Source: Longimicrobiales bacterium (GTDB taxonomy: Bacteria; Gemmatimonadota; Gemmatimonadetes; Longimicrobiales; RSA9). From it: DNA of 64,000 nt. The stretch's first letter is position 1, and every line of letters begins with the position of its first letter. The stretch lies in assembly GCA_050732575.1 (NCBI GenBank), contig JBOHRF010000002.1, positions 2,895-66,894 on the forward strand, given 5' to 3'. The notes below the pieces were generated by a model that saw nothing but the letters and a program-made list of their open reading frames with translations, did not search any database and was not told where the DNA came from. Shown in pieces: positions 10,315-19,634 of this stretch. A program made the position numbers and the translations under genes.

Positions 10315-11082
10315 ATGCCCGATCAATCCACGATCAATTCGCCAAATATTCTCCTTCGACTGCTCGGTTCGCCGGGAATTCACGGTCCCGATGGCGCGCT
10401 CAGCGGTCCCGTTGTGCATCGTCACCGCCTCGCCTTGCTTGCTTTGCTCGCCGCCGCCCCGAAGGGAATCCTCGCCCGCGATCGTGTGCTCGGGCTGCTC
10501 TGGCCGGAGACCGACACCGCGAGCGCGCGCCGCCTGCTCAACAACGCGGTGCACGTCGTGCGGCAGGTGTTGGGCGATGACGTTGTGATTACTGAAGGCG
10601 AGGGACTACGCTTCGACGCTGCGAAGCTGCGCGTCGATGTGCTCGAATTCGAAGCGGCCGTGAAGCGCGGTGAAGCGCTGGCGGCCGTCGAGCTGTATAC
10701 GGGACCGTTTCTGGACGGGCTCTCGTTGCCCGATGCGGTGGAGTTCGAGCAATGGCAGGAGCGCGAGCGAGAACGACTGGAACGGCTCTACTACGTTGCG
10801 CTGGAGCGACTAGCCGAAGCGACCGAAAGAGAGCAGGGCGCGGCGGAAGCGCTGCTCTGGTGGCGGCGACGGCTGGCGTGCACGCCCGCCGATGGCCGGA
10901 TCGTGTTGCGGTTGATGCGCGCGCTGGGTGACGCGGGCGATCGAGCGGGTGCGCTGCAAGTGGCGACCGCGCATACAGCGCTTTTGCGCGAGGAGTTCGG
11001 TGCCGCAGCGGATACGCAGGTCGAGGGACTGGCGGAACAACTGCGGCGGGCATCGGCGGGCGCCGGCTATCAGGGCGAATGA
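10315..11082 (+). CDS. SARP/BTAD-family transcriptional regulator (winged helix plus bacterial transcriptional activation domain); ends at an in-frame TGA
   Basis: LLRLLGSPGIHGPDG...RHRLALLALLAAAP...LLGLLWPE...RRLLNNAVHVVRQVLG, then BTAD (VDVLEFEAAVKRGE...LYTGPFLDGL...). Start trimmed to ATG 10315, because the N-terminal 75 aa of the ORF overlap the gene on the opposite strand. Confidence 0.75.
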   Translation: MPDQSTINSPNILLRLLGSPGIHGPDGALSGPVVHRHRLALLALLAAAPKGILARDRVLGLLWPETDTASARRLLNNAVHVVRQVLGDDVVITEGEGLRFDAAKLRVDVLEFEAAVKRGEALAAVELYTGPFLDGLSLPDAVEFEQWQERERERLERLYYVALERLAEATEREQGAAEALLWWRRRLACTPADGRIVLRLMRALGDAGDRAGALQVATAHTALLREEFGAAADTQVEGLAEQLRRASAGAGYQGE

Positions 11083-11205
11083 ACAGCGCCGCGCGCCGCT
11101 GTACCCGTTCCTGATGGTTCGACCCACTCTGCCCTGCAAGAGATATCAACACAGTCAGAACCGGAGCGGGGAACGGCCGTTGCCCAAAATCGCAGGCGCC
11201 GCAGG

Positions 11206-13146
11206 ATGCTGATTGTTGCAGGGTTGTGCGCGGCGATAGGCGGTGTTGTTGTCGCTCTGATGGCGTTGTCACGTCCAGATGCAGCGGTGCGCCCGTGGAC
11301 GATCATCGCCGACGTGGAGGGCACGGCGGACCCCGCCTACCGCCTGGCCGTTCGCGAGCTGGTGCGCAACGAGTTGGATCGATCGACCGTCATTCGCACC
11401 GTGCCGACCAGCGACGTGGTGGAAGCGATGGGCCGCGCCGGCAAGCCACCGACCGCGCCCATCACGACGGAGCTGGCGCGTGAGCTGGCCGTTCGACACT
11501 ACCTGCGCACCATCATCGATGCGCGCCTGGATCGCATCGGCCAGGTCTATTCTCTCGCGCTGCGCGCAGTAGACGCAAAGGCGGGAACCACACTGGCCGT
11601 GGCGACCGATACCGCCCTCGATGACAATGCCATCATCGGCGCTGTGCAACGCGCAGCGCAGCGCTTGCGGCGCGAGTTGGGCGAGCAGCGAGCGCTCCTG
11701 GGCCGCGGCCGTGACCCGGCGCCGCCCGCCACAGCATCATTCGAGGCGTTTCGCAAATGGGCGGCGGCCATGGAATCCTGGGACCGACGGTTTGACCACC
11801 ACGCGCGCGTGGCGTTGTTGAACGATGCGGTTGCCTACGACTCGGCGTTCACGGACGCATGGCTCGCACTGGCCGTGGACTACAGCATGTTGAACTTGCG
11901 CGATTCGGCTCTCGTAATGATTGACATGGCTCGCGGCCACGCCCCGCGAGCAACCGAGCTGAATCACTCACGAATTGAAGAACTTCACGCCGATCTATCC
12001 GGGGACCGCGAACGTTCGCTTGCCTTTAGTGATCGATTGGTGTTGCGCTTCCCCGAGAATCCCGAATTGCACTTCGAACGAGCGATCAAGCTCCGATATC
12101 AGGGCCAGTTCGATGCAGCTCTAGAAGAGTCCCGGGAAGGCGCCCGGCTGAGTCCATTTGGTCCGCCGCCGCTCATGATCATGTATGAGGCCTTTACTCT
12201 CATGGGCCTCGGTCGTCATGAGGAAGCATGGCAGGTTGCACAGCGCATGGGAACCACCACGGCCACGGCACGAATCGGGCTTCTTGTCACCGGACTCGTG
12301 ACTGGCAAATGGGCGGAACTCGAAAAACTCGCCATGGAGTTCGAAACCGATCCCGAGTTGGGCACTCCCGCATCCAACATCCGAGCCGGTCCTCGCGCTG
12401 CCAGCGGGCGAGTGGCAGCCGCGCTGGACACGCTGCGATCATTGGAAACCAGCCGCCTTCTCTGGGCGAGGTACTCGGGTCCGTCACGCAGGCAGCAGGT
12501 CCCTCGTACGCGCATCCTCCTGTCCTTTGCCAGCCACTTCCCGCTCGCGCCACTGGGTCCATTGATAGCCGCGGATACCATTTTGCCCGCGCAGATCACA
12601 CAGGCATACTGGGCGGCACTGGCTGGTGACACGGCCCTGACTCGACAAACGCTGATGCGCCTGGGTAACCTGCCCGCGCCCGCACTCATCGACTATGGTG
12701 CATGGCCGCAGTTTCTGGATGCGCTCATTGCGGCGAGAAGGAGTGACTGGAATGGTGTGCTGGCACTCGCGCCCAGCGCACGGGAGATCATGGGGGATAT
12801 CAAGTATCGATTTCAGAACGACGCCGTGCTGCCCGCCGTGCTCCAGTGGTTCGTGGCCCACGCATACGAGCAAACCGCGCGGCCGGATTCCGCAGCGTAC
12901 TACTACGCCTTGATTACTTCGCCCCGAGTGGGCGTATCACACGGCAACGAGCATCCACGCGCCGCCGTTTACTCCTTAGCGCATCAGCGTCTGATCGTGC
13001 TTTACTCGCGCCTGGGCCGACTCGCGGAGGCGCGGCGCCATTGGAAGATATTCCAGGAAACCTTCACGCAGCCGGATCCCGCACTCGTTCCACTCGTCGA
13101 CGAAGCACGAGAAGCGTTGCGAAAGGCGGAGCGCACGGCAAAATGA
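11206..13146 (+). CDS. Membrane-anchored protein with a TPR-like C-terminal region; same frame as the upstream BTAD gene
   Basis: Arg cluster followed by a TM helix (MLIVAGLCAAIGGVVVALMAL), a periplasmic-type domain, and helical repeats at the C-terminus. Separated from 10315..11082 by one TGA only. Confidence 0.6.
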   Translation: MLIVAGLCAAIGGVVVALMALSRPDAAVRPWTIIADVEGTADPAYRLAVRELVRNELDRSTVIRTVPTSDVVEAMGRAGKPPTAPITTELARELAVRHYLRTIIDARLDRIGQVYSLALRAVDAKAGTTLAVATDTALDDNAIIGAVQRAAQRLRRELGEQRALLGRGRDPAPPATASFEAFRKWAAAMESWDRRFDHHARVALLNDAVAYDSAFTDAWLALAVDYSMLNLRDSALVMIDMARGHAPRATELNHSRIEELHADLSGDRERSLAFSDRLVLRFPENPELHFERAIKLRYQGQFDAALEESREGARLSPFGPPPLMIMYEAFTLMGLGRHEEAWQVAQRMGTTTATARIGLLVTGLVTGKWAELEKLAMEFETDPELGTPASNIRAGPRAASGRVAAALDTLRSLETSRLLWARYSGPSRRQQVPRTRILLSFASHFPLAPLGPLIAADTILPAQITQAYWAALAGDTALTRQTLMRLGNLPAPALIDYGAWPQFLDALIAARRSDWNGVLALAPSAREIMGDIKYRFQNDAVLPAVLQWFVAHAYEQTARPDSAAYYYALITSPRVGVSHGNEHPRAAVYSLAHQRLIVLYSRLGRLAEARRHWKIFQETFTQPDPALVPLVDEAREALRKAERTAK

Positions 13147-13311
13147 GCGCAGCTCCGCGGCCATCCGAGTTCCAGGCCCTGCGGCGCGCTGCGACTGCCC
13201 CGAACGTCCAGTGGTTCGGAAGGTGGTGATCACGTTTCTGCCAGCTCCTACCCCATGCCGTGGACCTGAGTTATGATGGCATTCGGAACACACGACGCAT
13301 CAGGAGGCCAG

Positions 13312-13533
13312 ATGCCGACCAACTACACCGCAATTCTTCAGCACCGTGGTCCGTTCTGGATCGGCTGGATTGAAGAGATCCCGGGCGTCAATTCTCAAGG
13401 TGACACGCGAGAGGAATTGCTGGACAACCTCCGCTCTGCTCTGCGGGAAGCTCTGGAATTGAATCGCGCCGAAGCGGTGGCTGCCTTGGGAGGAGAGCCG
13501 TATGAGGAAGTCAAAGTCATCATCGCAGCGTGA
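13312..13533 (+). CDS. hicB: HicB-family antitoxin
   Basis: MPTNYTAILQHRGPFWIGWIEEIPGVNSQGDTREELLDNLRSALREALE is typical of HicB. AGGAGG lies 4 nt upstream of ATG 13312. Confidence 0.75.
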   Translation: MPTNYTAILQHRGPFWIGWIEEIPGVNSQGDTREELLDNLRSALREALELNRAEAVAALGGEPYEEVKVIIAA

Positions 13534-13628
13534 AACGTCGCGCGCTCATCGCCCACCCTCGTCACAGTGAAATCGATGAGCTGCTCGCTCGTAAGATCTG
13601 CCACGATCTGGGCATTGCGGAACCTTGA
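13530..13628 (+). pseudogene. hicA: hicA toxin remnant (32 codons, internal deletion)
   Basis: GTG overlaps the hicB stop (GTGA). Translation VKRRALIAHPRHSEIDELLARKICHDLGIAEP retains the HicA N-terminus (KRRxLIxH) and C-terminus (PRHxEIxxxLARKICxDLGIxEP) but lacks the roughly 30 aa core. Confidence 0.6.
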
Positions 13629-13704
13629 AGTCGATGTGCAGGGCAGACAGTTCCATCTCATCAGCGCCGGCGGTCGCTCTTCTGTAGCCATTTATCTTTA
13701 GTTC

Positions 13705-14387
13705 ATGGCCAAGCCCGATCCACTCAAGACCTATCGCGAAAAACGCTCGGCAGACCGCACACCTGAGCCATTTTCCAGCGGCGCCAGCGAGACTGGACGC
13801 GCGTACGTCATTCAGAAGCACGCCGCGCGCAGGCTGCACTACGACTTCCGGCTCGAGCACAACGGCGCGTTGCTTTCTGGGCGGTCCCCAACGGTCCGTC
13901 GCGTAATCCTGCGGACAAGCAGCTGGCCGTACACGTGGAAGATCACCCGGTCGAGTATGTCGATTTCGAGGGCATCATCCCGGAGGGCAACTATGGCGCG
14001 GGCGCCGTGATCGTGTGGGATCGCGGTACGTTTTCCTGGCTGGAGGATCCGCACGCGGGGCTTGAGAAAGGCAAATTGCTATTCGAGATACACGGCCAGA
14101 AACTGCGCGGGCGCTGGACGCTGGTGAAGATCAAAAAAGCCGAGAAGGAATGGCTGCTCATCAAGGTGCGGGACGGCTTTGCCAGCGAGAACGGGCAAGA
14201 ATTCCCGCAGGATTCCGTGCTCTCGGGTCTCACGGTCGATGAGTTGAAGCAGGGCCACTCGCGCACGGCTGACATCGAAGAGGCATTGCAGGACAGTAAG
14301 GCTGCGCAGGCTCGCCTCCAGCCCCAGGCGCGTCCGGGACAATTCACCTCGGCCGCTGCTTCGGCGCGTAGACGCAGGTGCTGGTGA
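13705..14387 (+). pseudogene. Stand-alone LigD 3'-phosphoesterase-domain paralog, disrupted by a 1-nt deletion near 13877
   Basis: ORFs 13705..14010 and 13935..14387 together mirror residues 1 to about 210 of LigD (15450..). The reading frame changes at ...NGALLS / WAVPNGPSRNP. Nucleotide similarity to 15437-16073 is high by eye. Confidence 0.7.
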
Positions 14388-14440
14388 TCCCGTCGCCGGT
14401 GCTGAATCTGGCCTGTTCCACAACGACCGGCAGTCGGGGA
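14340..14440 (-). pseudogene. Fragment paralogous to the internal part of lipoprotein gene 9705..10217
   Basis: About 100 nt align by eye with 9945-10040 (caattcacctcggccgctgcttcg..gcgtagacgcaggtgctggtgatccc versus caactcaccacggccactgcttcgacgtgcgtagatgcaggtgttggtgacccc). There is no intact ORF. Confidence 0.45.
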
Positions 14441-14460
14441 GAGGGTGGCGCGGTGCCGGG

Positions 14461-14988
14461 TTAATGTGCTGGTCGGAATGTCTGCTCGACGGCGCGCCCT
14501 AACGAAGCTGGGTCGATGGCAGGAAAGCGATAAAGCTCCGGCACCATGCGGGCGAAATACTCGAGGGCAATGGCGCGCTCGATCAAGCCACGCGCGAGCA
14601 TCTCCTGCACATCGTCGACATCCTGACGGTGGCCCCGCTCGACCTTGGAGAGCGCCTGAGCATACATGTCGAAGTGAAAAAACGAGAGTCGTCCGATCTT
14701 GCGAATGAACGGACTGCGCTCCTGCCAGCCGGATGGTATCGGTAAGAAATCGGCCGGGGAAGCGAATTCGACATTCATGCGCAACTGTTCCTTCAGCATC
14801 GGGATGGTGCGGAGCAGTGCATCACGCTCCGGCACGAGTTTCACATCGACATCGATGGTGGTTGTCCGCCAACGCATGAGGACGGCCGTCGCGCCACCCG
14901 TGAAGTAGACGCGCGTTTCAGCCCGCGCCCCGCGCGCCAGTGCTTCCATGAACTTCTCGATGCGCTCGCGGTCGGCTACTTCACGCAC
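14461..14988 (-). CDS. Nucleotidyltransferase-fold protein (DUF6036-like)
   Basis: ETRVYFTGGATAVLMRWRTTTIDVDVKL pattern (GG...D.D) of a minimal NTase fold. Assignment to the DUF6036 family is from memory. Confidence 0.55.
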   Translation of the reverse strand: MREVADRERIEKFMEALARGARAETRVYFTGGATAVLMRWRTTTIDVDVKLVPERDALLRTIPMLKEQLRMNVEFASPADFLPIPSGWQERSPFIRKIGRLSFFHFDMYAQALSKVERGHRQDVDDVQEMLARGLIERAIALEYFARMVPELYRFPAIDPASLGRAVEQTFRPAH

Positions 14989-15305
14989 TCTGCGGCCCGT
15001 TCGAAGCTCACCAGTCGGCGGATCAACGCGTTGTACTTCGAGTGCGCCGCATCCGAGTCTTCGCCCTGCAGAACGGCGTACAAACGATGCTCCGGCTCCG
15101 GCAGCGGTGCCGGCACCTCAAAGCCAATCCGGCGCAGACGCGGCGCGCCAATCGAAACCAGCAGACCGGCCACCGATTCCACGCCCAGGGCCAGATCCGT
15201 GAGTCCCTGGCGAATGAGATCGCTGCCCGGCAATGAGGGATCGACAATTCGTGGACTGGCGGTCACGAGCTGGCTCCGATCGTCGATAACGTTCACCCGC
15301 TCCAT
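14976..15305 (-). CDS. Hypothetical protein, upstream partner of the NTase gene (13-nt overlap)
   Basis: 109-aa ORF that overlaps the downstream NTase ORF. No family recognised. Confidence 0.4.
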   Translation of the reverse strand: MERVNVIDDRSQLVTASPRIVDPSLPGSDLIRQGLTDLALGVESVAGLLVSIGAPRLRRIGFEVPAPLPEPEHRLYAVLQGEDSDAAHSKYNALIRRLVSFERAAECVK

Positions 15306-15449
15306 CGCTCGGAAGGTGGCGGCTGCAGGTGCGGCGTCAAGGTCGGGCGCCGATCCTGCGAGAAGCCGGCACAGTAAGCGAGGTGACGCAGTCGGCGCAC
15401 TCGTCCAGGCAAACGGCCGCCGCAGTGGTCCGATGGTTATCTTTAGTGC

Positions 15450-17978
15450 ATGGCCAAGTCCGATCCGCTCAAGACCTATCGCGACAAGCGCTCCGCAGAC
15501 CGCACACCCGAGCCATTTTCAGGCGGCGCCAGTGAGACCGGTCGCGCGTACGTCATCCAGAAGCACGCCGCGCGCAGGCTGCACTACGATTTCCGGTTGG
15601 AGCACAACGGCGCGCTGCTGTCCTGGGCGGTGCCCAACGGTCCGTCGCGCAATCCCGTAGACAAGCAGCTGGCCGTGCACGTCGAGGATCACCCCGTCGA
15701 ATATGTCGATTTCGAGGGCATCATCCCGGAGGGCAACTATGGCGCGGGCGCCGTGATCGTGTGGGATCGCGGCACCTTTTCCTGGCTGGAGGATCCGGAC
15801 GCGGGGCTCGAGAAAGGCAAATTGCTGTTCGAGATACACGGCCAGAAACTGCGCGGGCGCTGGACGCTGGTGAAGATCAAGAAGGCCGAGAAGGAATGGC
15901 TGCTCATCAAGGAGCGCGACGGCTATGCCAGCGAGAACGGTCAGGACTTCCCGCAGGATTCCGTGCTCTCGGGTCTCACGGTCGAAGAGTTGAAGCAGGG
16001 CCACTCGCGCACGGCCGACATCGAAGAGGCATTGCAGGACAGTAAGGCTGCACAGGCTCGCCTCCAGCCCGAAGCGGTCGAGCTGATGCATGCAGAAACC
16101 GCGGATAAACCGTTCACGCGTGAAGACTGGATCTTCGAGCTGAAGTACGATGGCTACCGCTTGCTGGCTGCCAAGACGAATGGCAAGTCAAAGCTGATCA
16201 CGCGCAACAACAACGATGCCACGGACACGTTCCCGGAAATTGCGCGTGCGGTAGCCGCGCTGCCCTACGATCACATCCTGCTGGATGGCGAGGTCGTGGT
16301 GCAGGATGAAGATGGCAAGCCAAGCTTTCAGCGCCTGCAGCAGCGCGGCCGCTTCCTGCGCGTGGCCGACATACGGCGCGCCGCAGCGCAGCATCCCGCC
16401 ACCTTCTTTGCTTTCGACCTGATCGGCTTTGGAGAATACGACCTGCGCACGTTGCCGTTGCTGGAGCGCAAGGCACTGCTGCAGCGCGCATTGCCCAGGG
16501 CCGGCATCATCCGTTATGCCGATCACGTGGAAAACAGGGGTGATGACTTCTTTGGCGCGGCCAAGCAGCTGGGCCTGGAAGGCATTGTTGCCAAGCGGGC
16601 GAGTGCCAAATACCGCGGCGGCCGCTCCAAAGATTGGCTCAAGATCCGGGTCGATCAGAGCGATGACTTCGTGATCGTCGGCTACACGGCGCCGCGTGGC
16701 TCGCGCACTGCATTCGGTGCCCTGCAGCTGGGCATCTATCGCAACAACGAGTTGAGGTACGCGGGCAGTGTAGGCACCGGCTTCACGGACAAGCAGCTGC
16801 AAACGATCAAGGCGCAGCTCGATGCACACATCGTGCGTGAGCCACCCTGCACCGGCGCGCCCAAAACCAAGGGTGACACCTGGGTCGAGCCGCTTTACGT
16901 GTGTGAAGTCGGCTACCGCGAATGGACCGAAGAAGCGCTGCTGCGGCATCCCGTCTTCATCAGGCTCCGTGATGATAAGCGGCCGGAAGAGTGCATCGCG
17001 CGAGCTGTCCAGGGCGACGGCGAGGAACTGCTGGCGCACGATGATGAACCCGCGCCCGTTTTCGTTTCCTCGCCCTCGCCCTCGCCGGCGCCCCTGCCCG
17101 AGGTGGCCTTCACTAACCTGACCAAGGTCTTCTTCCCCGAGCACGGCTACACCAAGGGCAACCTCATCGAGTATTATCGCGCGATTGCACCCTGGTTGCT
17201 GCCGTATCTGAAGGATCGGCCGGTCACGCTGACTCGTTATCCCGACGGCATTCATGGCAAGTCATTCTTTCAGAAAGATGCGCCCGAGTGGACGCCCGAG
17301 TGGGTGCGCACGGAGTTGATGTGGAGTGAGGAAGCGCAGCGTGAGGTGCGTCAGTTCATCTGCGATGATGAACCGACGCTCCTGTATCTGGCCAACTCGG
17401 GGACGATACCACTGCACATTGCGTCGAGCCGGTTGGGATCGCTGGAAACACCGGACTGGTGCAGTCTGGATCTCGATCCCAAGGAAGCACCGTTCGAGCA
17501 CGTGATCGAAGTGGCGCAGGCCACGCGTGAATTGTGTGACACAATTGGCTTGCCGACGTTTGCCAAAACCACGGGCTCGTCCGGCATCCACGTGTTGATT
17601 CCGCTGGGCAAGCAGGTCACGCATGAGCAGTGCAAGCAGTTGGGCGAGCTGCTGGCGCGGGCGATCGTGGCACGGCGCCCCGACATGGCTACTATCGAGC
17701 GCGTGATTGGCAAGCGGGCGGGCAAGATTTACGTGGACTTCGGCCAGAATGGTCATGGCAAGTTGCTGGTCTCACCGTTCTGTGTGCGACCTCTGCCGGG
17801 CGCTCCCGTTTCCATGCCTTTGATGTGGGATGAAGTGCAACCCGGCCTCAGCATCCTGGACTTCACCATCGTCAATGCACCGGCTCGCATGCGCGAGCGC
17901 GGCAACCCGATGGCGGCCGTGCTGGACTCGAAGCCCGATCTGATGAGCGCGTTGGGCAAATTATACGATAAGTTGTAA
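15450..17978 (+). CDS. ligD: Multidomain ATP-dependent DNA ligase D (phosphoesterase, ligase, polymerase/primase)
   Basis: N-terminal PE domain (HAARRLHYDFRLE), ligase motif I (FELKYDGYR), C-terminal LigD polymerase domain (YPDGIHGKSFFQKD...SLDLDP...GIHVLIPL). Confidence 0.9.
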   Translation: MAKSDPLKTYRDKRSADRTPEPFSGGASETGRAYVIQKHAARRLHYDFRLEHNGALLSWAVPNGPSRNPVDKQLAVHVEDHPVEYVDFEGIIPEGNYGAGAVIVWDRGTFSWLEDPDAGLEKGKLLFEIHGQKLRGRWTLVKIKKAEKEWLLIKERDGYASENGQDFPQDSVLSGLTVEELKQGHSRTADIEEALQDSKAAQARLQPEAVELMHAETADKPFTREDWIFELKYDGYRLLAAKTNGKSKLITRNNNDATDTFPEIARAVAALPYDHILLDGEVVVQDEDGKPSFQRLQQRGRFLRVADIRRAAAQHPATFFAFDLIGFGEYDLRTLPLLERKALLQRALPRAGIIRYADHVENRGDDFFGAAKQLGLEGIVAKRASAKYRGGRSKDWLKIRVDQSDDFVIVGYTAPRGSRTAFGALQLGIYRNNELRYAGSVGTGFTDKQLQTIKAQLDAHIVREPPCTGAPKTKGDTWVEPLYVCEVGYREWTEEALLRHPVFIRLRDDKRPEECIARAVQGDGEELLAHDDEPAPVFVSSPSPSPAPLPEVAFTNLTKVFFPEHGYTKGNLIEYYRAIAPWLLPYLKDRPVTLTRYPDGIHGKSFFQKDAPEWTPEWVRTELMWSEEAQREVRQFICDDEPTLLYLANSGTIPLHIASSRLGSLETPDWCSLDLDPKEAPFEHVIEVAQATRELCDTIGLPTFAKTTGSSGIHVLIPLGKQVTHEQCKQLGELLARAIVARRPDMATIERVIGKRAGKIYVDFGQNGHGKLLVSPFCVRPLPGAPVSMPLMWDEVQPGLSILDFTIVNAPARMRERGNPMAAVLDSKPDLMSALGKLYDKL

Positions 17979-18017
17979 TCCGTTCGTCACCGTCACCTTC
18001 ACCGTCACCTTCCGTTC

Positions 18018-18728
18018 ATGAAACGACTCTTCACCGGCACCAGTGGCTTTGCCTACAAGGAATGGAAGGGCAGCTTTTACCCTGAAGACCTGCCCGACTC
18101 GAAGATGCTGCACTTCTATGGCGAACACTTTGGCGCGGTCGAGATCAACAACACGTTCTATCGCATGCCCAACGAGAAGGTGTTGCAGGACTGGTCGGCG
18201 CAGGTTCCTGGTGAGTTCCAGTTCGTGCTCAAGGCCTCGCGTCAGATAACGCACATCAAGCGGCTCAAAGAACGCGACCCCTTCGACTATTTCCTCAAAA
18301 CGTCCGCGGCTCTGGCCGACCGGCGCGGCCCATTCCTAATCCAGCTGCCACCCAATTTGAAGAAGGAAATCGAGCGGCTGCGCAGCTTTCTTTCCTGGCT
18401 GCCAACGGATGTGCGCGCTGCATTCGAGTTCCGACACGAGAGCTGGCACGACCAGGATGTGTTCGCCGCACTGCGCGACTACAACGCCGCACTCTGCATC
18501 GCACAAGTCGAAGAAGAAGAAGGGGCGCTGCAGACGCCCTTCGTGCCGACCGCCGATTGGGGTTACCTGCGCTTACGCAAAGTCGCGTATGGCCCGGGCG
18601 AGTTGGAAGAGTGGGCCACGCGCATCCGCGCGCCCGCCTGGAACGATGTGTTCGTTTTCTTCAAGCACGAAGATGAGGGAACGGGACCGAAATTGGCCAA
18701 GCAGTTCGAGCAAATCGTCAATCGCTAA
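18018..18728 (+). CDS. DUF72-family protein (YecE-like)
   Basis: MKRLFTGTSGFAYKEWKGSFYPEDLP...FYGEHFGAVEINNTFYRMP is typical of DUF72. Confidence 0.8.
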   Translation: MKRLFTGTSGFAYKEWKGSFYPEDLPDSKMLHFYGEHFGAVEINNTFYRMPNEKVLQDWSAQVPGEFQFVLKASRQITHIKRLKERDPFDYFLKTSAALADRRGPFLIQLPPNLKKEIERLRSFLSWLPTDVRAAFEFRHESWHDQDVFAALRDYNAALCIAQVEEEEGALQTPFVPTADWGYLRLRKVAYGPGELEEWATRIRAPAWNDVFVFFKHEDEGTGPKLAKQFEQIVNR

Positions 18729-18750
18729 GAAAGTCAACGAATTCGAGGCC

Positions 18751-18869
18751 ATAGGATTAAGGGGAGGGAGAGGGTTGTAGGGACCGTTTTTGTCGGGTGG
18801 TTTCGCCTTGCGTCAGCAAATTTGCACGGGCAGCATCGGTCCCTGCCACCCTAAATCCTCCCCTTAATC

Positions 18870-18872
<3 letters not shown>
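18751..18872. repeat. Long imperfect inverted repeat with G-tract arms (element E) between convergent genes
   Basis: Left arm ATAGGATTAAGGGGAGGGAGAGGGTTGTAGGGACCG. Right arm CGGTCCCTGCCACCCTAAATCCTCCCCTTAATCCTAT. The outer 17 bp are perfectly complementary, the spacer is about 50 nt, and the right arm overlaps the stop of 18870..19556. Confidence 0.8.
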
Positions 18873-19556
<684 letters not shown>

Positions 19557-19601
19557 TTTCAGAAATCAGTTGGAAGGAATTGAATCCCGGTCCGCCTGAT
19601 T

Positions 19602-19634
19602 CTAAAACGATTCAGGGGAGCCAGCGACTCCCCC
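19602..19634 (-). terminator. Probable intrinsic terminator of aceBA
   Basis: The minus strand reads GGGGAG-tcgctgg-CTCCCC followed by TGAATCGTTTTAG, about 40 nt after the aceA stop. The U-tract is interrupted. Confidence 0.45.

Noticed and set aside
11080-11082. Selenocysteine or programmed recoding at the in-frame TGA of the BTAD gene.
   Set aside because: BTAD regulators are not a known selenoprotein family, and I see no convincing SECIS-like hairpin immediately downstream. Mutation or sequencing error is the simpler explanation. The possibility is kept open only as a check.
15450-17978. Absence of ku next to ligD as an anomaly.
   Set aside because: ku and ligD are frequently unlinked, and the window is too small to conclude that ku is absent from the genome.
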